A stretch of 64,000 nt of DNA. Source: Podarcis pityusensis (taxonomy: Eukaryota). Shown piece after piece: positions 36,389 through 48,075 of this stretch. The translations under genes and the position numbers were made by a program. Location of the stretch: NCBI GenBank assembly GCA_964106645.2, contig OZ067046.1; one strand, 5' to 3'. Within the stretch, counting starts at the first letter, position 1. Every line of letters starts with the position of its first letter. Below the pieces are notes generated by a model. The model searched no databases and was not told the DNA's origin. It was given only the letters and a program-made list of their open reading frames with translations.

Positions 36389-39300
36389 TGTTAAGGAAAG
36401 TAATTTTAAAAGAATTATGTATACTTTGAACATTGTTTGCAATTGTTGTTTTAAAGACTGCCTATTTTAAACTAATAAGTAACCAGCATGTTTTAAATTT
36501 CCACAATACAGTCAATATTTTATAGTACAGTCATGGCAACAGGAGTTAACTATCTGCTTGGTTGCACAATGTTTCATATAAGCATTTAAAAGTATGTGTT
36601 CGTAAATAATCTAAGGAGGCATACTATGAATTTTTTTTTTTTTTGCCTTTTCTTTCTGTCTAGGTATAGTACACTGTAAACCCCAGTGTAACAAACTTTA
36701 TAGCTTACCATATCAAAGTTTATCAAAGTTTACTTTCTTTATCATTTACTACTGTATTGGATCTAGCAATATTTTGGCAGCCTAAAATTACCCTAGTCTG
36801 ACCTTGACATTAGTATTCAACAGCACTGATGGAAGAATGACAGCTTCTCCATCCTAGTGGGTGATTTTGCAAGCTTTTACCTTCATGACTATGGAGTTTC
36901 TGTCAAACGTGCTTCCAGCTGAATGATCACATTCTTTTGAATTATGAAGTGGCTGCAAACTGTGCTAATTAGGTCCATATTGATGTCACTCATAAGGATT
37001 AAACAGCCTTAATAGCCTTAAAGTTATATAAATATGTCTAATCTTAATACACCATTATCTCTTGCTTGTATTTCATTTAGGAACACAATTAAATAGCTCA
37101 GAAAATGTATGCTCAAAGGTTTAAATTTGATTTTTTTTTTAAAAAAAGCTATTGAAGGAGAGATACTTTTTTAAAAAACAACTTGCATAAGTAACAAATA
37201 ACAGTATTATTAACATTGAGAATTTTTAATAATAGTTTAAATAGAATAAAGGCCAATGTATCTAATCAGCTACCATATATGATATTGTCTGGCATGTTCG
37301 TGGGGTTTAATTTTTTTGATATAGAAGTTTGGGGTGTGTGGTGCATGTATTGGTGGGAAAATATTTTCATGTATTCTTTCATGCCTTCGTTTCCTCTGTT
37401 TGATCCCTAAAAACCATTCATGAAGGCAAGTGGGCAGAAGAGGACCTTCCATCACCTCCTCCCCACTACAGCTCCTTTGGCTCCTGAAAAACCGTACCTG
37501 AGAGTTGGAGGAACCCACAGAAGGTGCCTAACAGATTTTGGACAATTCACCCCTTCCCACAAGCTTCCCCATACAACAACCCACCGTGTTCAAGATGGTC
37601 CCCTGATCCTCAGGATAAGCTTTTTGACAGCACAGGGATTTCAGATGGGAGGAAAGGTGAGAAAGTCTTATCTCACTTCAATGAGCATTGCTTAGGGTCC
37701 AACTGCTTCTCTGCCACTGCACTGACACCATTTTTCACAGCATGATCCCAGAGAATTTAAATAAGATGCATCATCAAAATCCAATGAAAAATAAGCTAAC
37801 ATTTTCTATCTTTCACAATAGATGTTGGCTAAACCTCAGAAGTTTAAAACTGGAATGTATCAAAAATATGTATTATTGCTCATTCTATGACCCATTCAAA
37901 TTGTGTACAGGGCTAAGGGACCATATGCTATGCTTTGAAGCCAAGAGGAATTGAGTGGTTCAGAACATTTTTGTGGAAGTAAGGAGCATGCAAATATCAC
38001 ACGGTTTGTTCAACATACCCAGATCCAAAACATTTTTGTCAGTCAACCACTAGATAGCTTTCTATAGGATTCTTCCTACAAAGGTATTTGCTTTAAATGT
38101 ATTATATATTGTGTTTGCTTCTGGATAGGATCCTATATTAAAGTGTTGCCACAAATAATTTAGCACAGTTGGTAGTTCATAGCTGAAAATGATAACAATA
38201 TATACTATACTTTTCACTGTAAAGAGAAACCAAGGCAAATATTATCCCAACCAATGTTTGTCACCCAGACACAGGAAGCAGGGCAAGACAGCAGTCACAA
38301 GGTTTAAAGGTTAGAGTATGCTCTATTTAGAACAAAGGGGTGTCTACTCAATCCTGATCAGCTGGCTACTCTAGGCATTTAAAGCTACCAGTGCTCTAGT
38401 GACTCCATCTGAAATAGTAATGAATGATGAAATGGTCACACCTCTCCTACAGTGATTCTAAGACAGCCTTGCTGGTAAGAACATCATGCCGCAATTTTGG
38501 TAAAGATAAATAAACCTTTTACCATGAATGTATTTAATGGCAAACTGCTTGGTCAAAGTCATAAAATCAATTTATTATGTAAAATCATGAGATAAAGATC
38601 ACTATTCCATCTCTAAACCACCTATATCAGCATAGCCCAGAGGATTCTAAGTTTGGTATGTTTTGGTTTTACTTTCTCCTTTAGGAGATACTTAGCTGCA
38701 TTTTAGTGTGCACATTATTCCAAAAGGCAGCATAATGGAATAATTAATCATTTCCTCAGACAAATGTGATCAAGTTCTACTCCCACCCACCCAATGCTAC
38801 TAGGGCCTTGTGTTCTTAATACAAATAAAATGGATATGTAAAAGAGGCACAGTGTAAACAGAAACAGCCACTTGCTTCTCTTCCTTACAATCTTTCTCAC
38901 ACATGAAACTTTAAATCCAGTTTCACTTGAAATTTAGGGATATGTGAAATCCCTTCCAACAACTCTATAGCTGAGTTTAAGGTTCAGTTTTCTGCCCCAA
39001 ATCCAACTGCCCTGAGCATGAAGCCATACTGGGATGAGTAGTGACAGAGTGATCATTAATAAAGTCTTAATAAAAGGTCAAAGATGTCAGAAGCCCAACA
39101 GTTACCTAGAAACTGAGATGGTGGCTACAGTGTAACTGACAGAGGATCTTGCCCTAGTTCCTGCCTCCGAGCTGATCCTGGTGATCACTGAAAGTGAGTG
39201 TGGCTGGAAACAGCCCACTGAAACAGATCTCATAGCACCCATAGCACACCCAACCAAAGTCAGGACCCTAATTGGTGATTTCTCCCAGCTCAAGAAACCA

Positions 39301-39684
39301 AATACCTCCCACATAACATCAGCAATCCAACAACAATTCAAGAGTTTGGAGGGAGACCATGAAGCATAGGAAAAGTGCCCATCTTTAGATGACAGTTGGC
39401 TCTTAAGAAATTCCAGCCTCAGTTCACTCCCAACCCTTTTTGATTCTATGGTTCTGTTATTACTGTTTGTCAGATTGTTATCCTGCCCTTCCTTCCAAAG
39501 GAGCCCAGGGCAGCGAATTAAAAATATCCAGAAAAAAGCATAGGACATGCAATCTAAACACACAACTAAAATAATTCCATGGTTAAATCCTGTCATCAAA
39601 ATGCCTGGTCAGAAGAAGGCATCTTACATTGACCCTGAAAGACTTTTGTGGATTGCCAAAGAAGGCTGGAACACAGTTAAAGCA

Positions 39685-39722
<38 letters not shown>
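39685..39722. repeat. (AAT)n microsatellite, probably the tail of a minus-strand LINE 3' end that extends to about 39840
   Basis: Direct reading; adjacent sequence resembles L2-type 3' ends. Confidence 0.85.
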
Positions 39723-39723
<1 letters not shown>

Positions 39724-40089
39724 CACCCTTCATCCGAAGATCACAGGGCAGTTTACACAACAAAAACACAAAAATATCTAGCACAGGAACAAACATAAAC
39801 AACCCCCCCCCCCCATGTAAAAGGCCATAGATTCTTTAATCTAATGGGAGAAGAGGAATGTTTAGCTACCACACAACCTTTTCCAAGAGGGGAACCTGGC
39901 TGTGCTCTTCAGTAATGACTCCACCAGTCTAGCGCTCCCATCCCTTTCACCCCATTGCCATTGAAATCACAGGAGTGACAGCTGCCATGGCAACCCTATA
40001 GCCTTTGAAGTCCTTCTGCTCTCTCCTCAAGTTCTGCTGCTCTTTCTTCTGCACATGCTTTGCAGAAATCTCCCTACTCAGTTCCAAGT

Positions 40090-40235
40090 ATCTTTGGTTA
40101 AAAGGATCTCAGATAGCAAGGCAGAGAAAGGACTTAGTATGAGACCTTGGAAAGACACAGCCAGGCAGTCAGAATAAACAGCACTGGTCAAGAAGGACCT
40201 GTGGTCTCAGCTGGTACAAGCCAGCTTTATATATT
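40090..40235 (+). mobile_element. Diverged squamate SINE body and tail (same family as 50560 and 61518)
   Basis: accttgga..cagtcag...ggtctcagctggtacaagccagcttt resembles 50560-50683. Confidence 0.45.
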
Positions 40236-40555
40236 CACTACCTGCAGAGACAAAGAAAAAAGAGAGAACTGTGTCTGTCATGACTTGCTTGAGGACTTCC
40301 TGGACAACATTGAACATCTGGCATGCTACAGTTGGAAACAAAATGTTGCACTAGATTAACCTGCATATTTCAAAGAATAGGATTCTCAGAGCTAGAGAGC
40401 AGTGAAAAGGAACCTCTCTTAAATATCTCTACTATCCAATTTGATATGAAGAGGGGACTGTTGAAACTGTATTTCTCAGCTGTATAAATTGCAGGCAGAA
40501 CATTTGGTTATATCCAGAAGGCTGTAAGCAGCTTTTTCAGAGCCTGAACCTCTAT

Positions 40556-40615
40556 AAAGGTATAGGTAAAGGGTAAAGGGACCCCTGACCGTTAGGTCCA
40601 GTCGCAGACGACTCT
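40556..40615 (-). mobile_element. 5'-truncated Sauria SINE 3' end
   Basis: ggtaaagggacccctgacc.tta.gtccagtcg..a.cgactct matches 53415-53458. Confidence 0.85.
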
Positions 40616-41010
40616 ATTAATTAACCACCCACATTAATAGCTGGGAGGCATTGTAATCTAAGACTGGATAGTCTTCAGAATACCTATATGTAGTGGGCAC
40701 TGTAACCTCAGCTCTTTAAAATCTAGGCATGCAATATAGGATTGCAAACCACTATAGGATTGCAAAAGATATCGAACATAGGACATATGAATCCTACTGC
40801 CCACACTCTGCCTCTATCAGGAAACAATAAACATAATTAATGCAGCAATATCTCATTTTCTAACATTTTCTTTAAGTAATTGGAAACAGCACCTTGTTAG
40901 TCCCCAGTGGTCCTATAGTTCTAAAGGTTAACTCTGTAAGATTCACTTCAATTAGCAAGATATTCCTCACATCACATCAGACTCTCTTTCAATTTCAATA
41001 ATCAGACAGT

Positions 41011-41630
41011 CTGTTGAGTGTGCCAGCCCTGACCAAGCGTGGCTTTAATGTAAATTTAAATCACAACAAATGTGCAGTTACCAAAGATGGAGTTTTGTAC
41101 GCACAAGGTTTTTGAAAATAATGGAGTCTTTGTGCTAGAAACAGTTCAAGAGTGAGCAAATATGGTAAAGAAGAATTCAAGTGCAACCTGTGTTCATCTG
41201 TGGCACAAAAGGCTTGGGCATAGAGGCTTTGGGATTATAGCAGACCTGCCAAAGAAAGGTTTGGTGAGAAGAATGGAAATTAAACCTAGCAAAGTTGACC
41301 TGAATAGTGAAATATGTGGAAGTTGTTTGTTGAGGAAGAGAACAAGACCTTCTATCCCCAAGCAAAGCCAGAAAAGTTCCACATAGCCTTTGCAACCTAT
41401 TCATACTGAAAAATGTGGTCCAATTCAACTGATGTCTCATGAGGAAAAACAACAAAATGTGAAAATGACTTTTCTGCTTGTATATGTTGATAACATGATT
41501 TTGGTTACTGTGAACAAAGATTGTACAAAAAAATTGAGATTTTTGAGAATTTACATGCTAGATTAAAATTGATTAATTCAAATTAGGCATATGGACTGTA
41601 AGAAAAACACTGGGGTCTAATTTGAATCTG
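41011..41630 (+). pseudogene. Ty1/Copia LTR-retrotransposon pol fossil (pre-integrase/HHCC region, integrase start, RT YVDD region)
   Basis: LLSVPALTKRGF; LWHKRLGH...CGSC; PLQPIHTEKCGP (cf. IHxDxCGP); FLLVYVDNMI (cf. YVDD); contains stops and frameshifts. Confidence 0.85.
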
Positions 41631-41639
41631 TTTATAGTA

Positions 41640-41830
41640 CAGTCAAACCTCTTCTTACGTCTGTCTCCACTTGCGTCCATTTCACCCAATGTCCGCAGCA
41701 AACCCGGAAGTAACCGGAGGGTTTGCCGCCGGTCGTGCATGCGCAGAAGCAGCACTCACCACCTGCGCCTCTCCCAGCAACCCGTTTCAACCTCCGAAAC
41801 AGATTATGGTTGCAGGTAGAGGTTTCACTG
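41640..41830. mobile_element. Tigger-like MITE related to family B, 191 bp
   Basis: TA-CAGTCAAACCTC...GAGGTTTCACTG-TA; CpG-rich; shares CAAACCCGGAAGTA with 7050-7226. Confidence 0.85.
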
Positions 41831-42427
41831 TAGTTTATAGGTGTATATAAACTATATATTGTAATATATTGTAAACTATATATTGTAATGGCACCACAGT
41901 CTCTGCTGCGCTTTGTTCCAAAGGAAACAGAAACTTGGGGTAAGCCCTTGGATTCTCGCACTGGGTGGAGATGGGGTGTTGTGTAACACTATTTTAGATG
42001 CATGGGATGCATTCTAAACATATAATATATAACATCGAGGCCATACTAAATGTGTGAGGCAATCAGCTGTAACCTTCCAATCCTCTTCTGGTTTTCTCTC
42101 ACCCAGCCCAGCTCTCATATCCAAAATGAACTAGGCAGACCAAAGCGAAATACACTAATTTCAGCAAATCTCTATGACATAAATCTGAAGCTCTCTTTTT
42201 AATATATTTATATATAGAGGGTAGGAGTTAATTGTTTCTTTTGATTTCAGAATGAACACATCCCATGCATCTTGGGGAACTGTGGCATATGGTATGATTA
42301 CTTTCCCCTGCAGAGTGACACCTTTTGTTTATATGGACGTAAATACAATGTATAACCCTCTCATGTGGTGTTGCCACAGCTAAACAGAAGACAGGCACAG
42401 GGAAGCTCACCAAAGCTTTCTTCCTGG

Positions 42428-43311
42428 CAGGGGTGTGGGAAGGGGTGTGTGGTGGGTGCGGCTACCCCGGGTGTCACCAGTGAGGGGGGTGACAAAATGA
42501 TAAAAATATGAGGTCGTTTTTTAAAAAAGAAATGGGCTCACGAAACTTTTTAGTTCAGTCCAGAAACATAACATAATGCGGCTGGCGCTAGGCGCCTGCC
42601 CAACGCCTCTCCCGCAGCTGCCCTACAGCTGAGGGGGAGGTTGTGGAGAGGCTCCACGCAGTGCCCCTGCCTTGGCTCGTCCCCAGTGGTGGAGCTTCAT
42701 GCTCCTGCACCAGGGGTCGGAGAGCAGGTGGGGGCAGGGCTGGCTTACGTGCTGGGGGCGTGGCGTACGTGCTGGGGGCGTGGCATGCCACTCTTCCCGC
42801 ATCCCTCTTCTTCTGCCAGTGCTCGCCCCGCCCCCATGGGTGGCTCTTCTTTCTCTGGCTTCATCCCCCTTCATTCTACCCTCTTGCCTGCCTACCATCT
42901 TCGCGTTGCTTCCATCTTCCCCCTAGTTGTCCTCCTTCCTTTGCTCTTGGATTTCTCCCCACTCCCTTCGCTGCTCCCCACCCCCACATCTCTTTGATCT
43001 TCTCTCCCCTCGCCCATCCCTCTGTGGCATGCCCCATCTGCTTTGCTGGAGGAAGGAAGTTGGAGGGCAGCTGCCCCGTCCAGTCAATTGCAGCAAGGGC
43101 TGCGTGCGGCTCTCTCCCTTCTGCCTCCTGCGTCCTCCTCCTTCTCCTCGCCCTAGGCTCCCTGCAACCTCAGCAGCAGCAGCGGGAGCAGCCGCTGCGG
43201 GGGCGTGACCAGGTAGGAGGGGCTGCGAAGGGGCGGATCTCCCAGCAGCACCACTTAATGAAGTGGAGCCCCAGCCGATGTGTGTACCACACTGGGCACC
43301 AAAGCAGCTAG
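42428..43311. mobile_element. GC-rich non-autonomous hAT element
   Basis: CAGGGGTGT start; GTGTCACC/GGTGACA subterminal motifs; flanks CTTCCTGG/CTTCCCGG; right TIR appears eroded; accounts for the 222-aa ORF and its overlapping ORFs. Confidence 0.6.
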
Positions 43312-46261
43312 CTTCCCGGAATTACCTATAGCACTTTGGCTACTTCCCAGGCTGTGTGGCAATACAGGAAATGGGACAACTGACATCATGGCTCATTCAA
43401 CACCAACATACCCTCTTCTGGAAACCTGAGCAATGGTGAGTGGAATGGAACACGAGATTTCTGGTGTCACTAAGTGGTGCAGGAAAAAGCCATGATAAAA
43501 GGCTCTCATCCGTTAACGGGTTTGCTGTGAAAAGTTTACTGGTTATGGGATGGAACATGTTGTTATCCTTTTTTAAAAAAAGTTAATATATTTCAAATTA
43601 CCTGTCTCATTCTACTTTGGAGGGCCCTCATAAGCATAAATGTCTGTGCTGCAAAGTGAGATGAGTAGTGATTAAGACTAAGTGGATCTTGTTAATTCAG
43701 CAACACTTTAGAATAATTGAACATGAATAAAATGGTAACATTAAAATGAACTTCTGGAGGAAGTACATACAAATCCACATTAGCTGCATATTAAGTTCAT
43801 CATGACTAACATTATTACAATTAAAACAAAGATGATAAAATAATGACTGGCTACTTATAATTGCGTTGTTACTATTTCTAATCTTGCCACTAAGTAGTAA
43901 AACGTTTTGGGGTTTTTTTAAGAGAGAGAGAATGGGAAGACAACTGTTGGAACTTTCCTTCATCAGGAGTCAAATTCTCATGAACCTGCTTGATTATCAA
44001 GGTCTTAATTAGAGGCACTGCTCAGAGTGTTTCCATTCTCTGAGGTAAGATTAATGGCAGACAAAGAAGAAAATGAACTTTCTGGTTGGGCTGTCTTGCG
44101 ACTCTTCTGTCTCCTCAATTTGCCAAGGAGAGTTAGCTGAAGACAATGAGTAGTGTTTCCAACTCCTTGATCAGATATTTGGCTTTTCTTATTTACTTGA
44201 AGCTGTTTTAAAACTGTTTTAAATTATGTTACATTTGTTTTGTCCCTTCTGGAGTTCTAGTGTATGAGTTTTTCATCAGGAAAGGAACGTGTGCCCTGGG
44301 TCTCGACGAAGCTAATTTCTTTAAATGAGGGAAATTAGCAATAAGCCAATTTCCCTTACCAATCCTAAGTGGGCTTGGCATAGTGATTTAATTGTGGGAT
44401 CATTTGATCAATATTTGACTTTTTGCAGTTTTACCTTGAAGTTGATTTTGTCTCTAGGAAGATGACTGGGTACAGATGCCCTCCTGCCTAGACTCTGCTG
44501 CAAATATTTGCAACAGTATTCATGCAAGCAGAACCAAGAGAAAGTCCACATGGTTTTGGGTGGAACCAGCAGGATATAATAGTTCTCTTAGTTCTGTTTA
44601 TGCGTACAACACTGTCTAGATCTTAACGGAGACGCTTCAAGAGCCTATTGCCACAACCACCAGCATGTTTAGGAAAGGAAAGGCAGTGAAGGTTCATGGT
44701 AGAGGAACATTTGCAGCTACTGCAAGTTGGAATAGATTTGAGAAGCAACTATTAAATTACATTTCCAAACTGTGAAAGTTGAGATTTGCCTCCTGCAGAA
44801 TCACAGCCATGGATCATAAGCAATGTAAGAAAGGAGGCACTCCCTACATTATTACTGAGTGCAAAGCCAAAACAGACTCTCATCCTTGTCAGCAGACAGA
44901 CCACAAAAGTATATACTAGCTGAAGCTTGAAAGATGATGTCTCCAAGGACAGCCCCACTTGGAGTGCATTGCATTAGTCTATTAGCAATGCATGGGTGAT
45001 GGCAGAAACTCATGCATCCATATTAATCTCTATTTAAAAGGTTTCCCTGTTGTAGTTTCTACCTGTAGTTTGGGAACTATTTCAGATTAGAATTACCTCA
45101 AGAATGTGCATACCTTGAGATATATAGGCAGATCTCACAAGAGTGGAAGCTGGGATTTTGCTGGATGAGAAGTTTTTTAGATTATGTCACAGCACAACAT
45201 TATTTGGAGGGGAAAAATAGTGGCAAGCGGGGCCAAGGCAGAAGTGAGCAAATGCAACAAACAAACAAACAAAGAAAGAAAGAAACACCTATATTCAAAG
45301 CCTTAAATGCTCCTACAGTCCTTGAAACAGTGATGGATTGAAATGTGAAGAGCTAAACATTATAAGAAAAGCCAATATTAATGTGATTTCAGATAAACAT
45401 GTATTTGTAGATTACTATATATCCGCGGTTCACATAAATGTCTGTTCTTTATATCTGCTTTATAAGTCAGTGATGGCAGAAATGTAGAAGTCAGTCTGTT
45501 AGTATAAAAGGTGACATTTTTACATGGCTTTTTCATGATACCCCAAGCCTATACACATCTACTTGGAAGTAAGTGTGCTTGGGAACTGCTAAAAAGATCA
45601 CTTGGGTATTGCTGAATAGCTAATGATGGAGATTCACAGCTTCTTTGTGTGAGATTTTTCCTCATCTGACATATTTGGGTCAAGAGCACTGAGAGCTAAA
45701 GTTCAAACACAGGTCAGCGCTGTTTGGTAAATCCTGGAAACTGACATAACCTGTTCTATCACTTTAACCTCTAAGACTTCTGGCTCGGCATATAGTTGTA
45801 CATTGTGTGTGGTATTAACAGTGTTTGACCCATGCTCTCAAAGCTGGACACTTTCAGGTGTCTTCATCATTAGTTTACACAGGTCACTGCTGAACCAAAA
45901 TTGATTTAACCTTAAATTGGCCTGTGGTGTCTGTCCTGAAAATGTAGGTGAATGGCTGGAGACACCCACAGGATGTTACGTTGAGTTGCAGTCAACTGAA
46001 GATGGCAGTCATGTCCAGTAAAATGTCTGAAGGCAGAGATCTATTTTAGATGCATACGACATATACTTGGCCATTGTTGTTTTGTGTTTGCCAAGCCAGT
46101 TTCCTTTGTCTGCCTGGGCTTCTGCTTGCCTTCTGCTCTCTTACATTTCTCCATCAGACAGGCAAGGTTATTTTTTAGCTTGTTTCTGACCTCTCTTGGT
46201 GGGTAGAAGGATAAATCTCACCCCGACTTCTCATTGAGTATACCTTGGTGTTATTCCTACT

Positions 46262-46411
46262 CAGTGCTTTTTTTTAAAAAAAAAAAAATGTTTAGAGGTA
46301 CTCTCATTTTCCTACTCATATTGAAATACTGCCGCTCAATGAGGCCAAATTTAGATTCACAAAATGTTTAGGGTTATGTGTACCCCTGCATCTCCCCAGA
46401 AAAAAGCACTG
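46262..46411. mobile_element. hAT MITE, 150 bp
   Basis: TIRs CAGTGCTTTTTT / AAAAAAGCACTG; TSD TTCCTACT/TTCATACT. Confidence 0.85.
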
Positions 46412-47621
46412 TTCATACTTATTTTACAGTGTTATGTGTGCACAGTCCCAGCTTTGGATCAGGCTGAGGAATTGTGTATACAACAACCAATTTTTATGTG
46501 TTACTCCCCAGTTAGAGCAGGAATATATAGCTCAAATTGCTCAGCAGACCACATTTCCATTTCATTAACTTGAAGGTCAGATAGCTCACTCAATCTTTTT
46601 TGGTACAATTTTAATGCAATGCTTAATTTTCTTTCTGGTATCATAATTAAATTTTGGGAATACTCTTGTTCTTCTATACAAACTATAGGGTTTTCTGTTT
46701 ACACCCTGCGTCCCCCAGGGATGTTCCCTCACTATTTGCCATTTTACTGTCCATTGGTCTTTGTAGCAATCACATTTACACCTTGCGAAAGTGTCATTGC
46801 AACAGATCACAACCATGGTACTTTTAGCAGCATGAGCTTCTGCCTAGTTTTTCCACTCTGCTCAGACATTAAGTACAGGTGTTTCTGGCAATCACTTTCA
46901 GAATGCTAACCTGCATAACAGCACATTTCAAATGCTGCAACAACACTACTAAAAGGCTGGCAGGAGATAAAGCCGAGGATGAGAGATGGGAAGGGAAAGC
47001 AGGCATGGGCAAACTATCACCAATGCAAGCCTCCTAAAAATCAAAGTATGCTCAACATTTAACAGAGCTCTGAGCTGCAGTGCATTAGTTGGGACTGCAA
47101 CAGTGTCTGAAGAAACAGACCAGACCATTCTCAATCATACATATTATGTTTGTATAGTGCAGGGGTTCCACATGGATGCCTGTCTAACTTTTTTGAGGTG
47201 GTTTAAGAACTGTAGGAATCAGGAATATATCTAATCTGGCATCTGTATGGGCTACCCATGCCGTACCTCACCCAAGTCCAAACCAGATGTGATGTAAATA
47301 GTAGCTACGAGGGGGTCCATGCAAGAGGCAGTGTCTGCAATGATGGAACATGAGAGTTTAACAGTTCCGCCACATCATGGTATCGCCAAATTTAGTCACT
47401 GATGCTGCTATTTGTGGACAGTTTGCCTCTGTTCGCAACAATGGTGCGTTACCTTTACCTTTCATGCATCCTTTTTAATACGTCTGGATAATGAATGAAG
47501 GGGAAAGTTGTACTTCTCCTCTGTGCATGCATTAACTGCATTGGCAACACAGTTTTTTAACTACATGGATGCAGCTCACATATTCTTTTTTATGCTTTTG
47601 ATTAGTATGTAAAAGGTGGGG

Positions 47622-48075
47622 CAGAAGTGTAGGAAGGTCAGGTGGTACCCGGTGCGAAAAATTTCTTGTCACCGCCCCCCAACATTGATTTTTTTTTTTT
47701 TGCCTGCAAAAATAGTTTTACATTATTTCATATTTTCTTACAAAGGAATGTGGATTATGCGCCTCTGATAACAAGGAGGTGACTGTGGACAGATACTTCA
47801 ATCTACAGGCTGGATTGTGTTTTGGCTTCACTGAATTGAAATTTCAGCCTTCACGACATAGGAAAACAGCCAAGTAAACAGTTATTTTCATGGAGGAGGG
47901 TCAAGATATTAACTGATATGCATGAAATTTCTGATATAGCTATATAATCCCTAGTGTAGTAAGATAAGACCTTTGGAGCAGGCATTTTCAAAAAAAGGTT
48001 TTTTTATGAAGCGCCCTAGTAGGGCAGTAATTGTTCCTTTTTGACCCCTCCCCCCGCCCCCTTACTACGCCCCTG
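47622..48075. mobile_element. Non-autonomous hAT element, 454 bp
   Basis: CAGAAGTGTAG...CTACGCCCCTG termini; TSD AGGTGGGG/GGGTGGGG. Confidence 0.7.

Noticed and set aside
39085-39420. Possible Gypsy LTR or ORF remnant
   Set aside because: Starts TGTCA, but no matching end or TSD and no domain recognised.
42588-43311. 222-aa ORF, overlapping ORFs and CpG-island-like composition
   Set aside because: Lies inside a TSD-flanked GC-rich hAT element; low-complexity translation; not a promoter or gene on this evidence.
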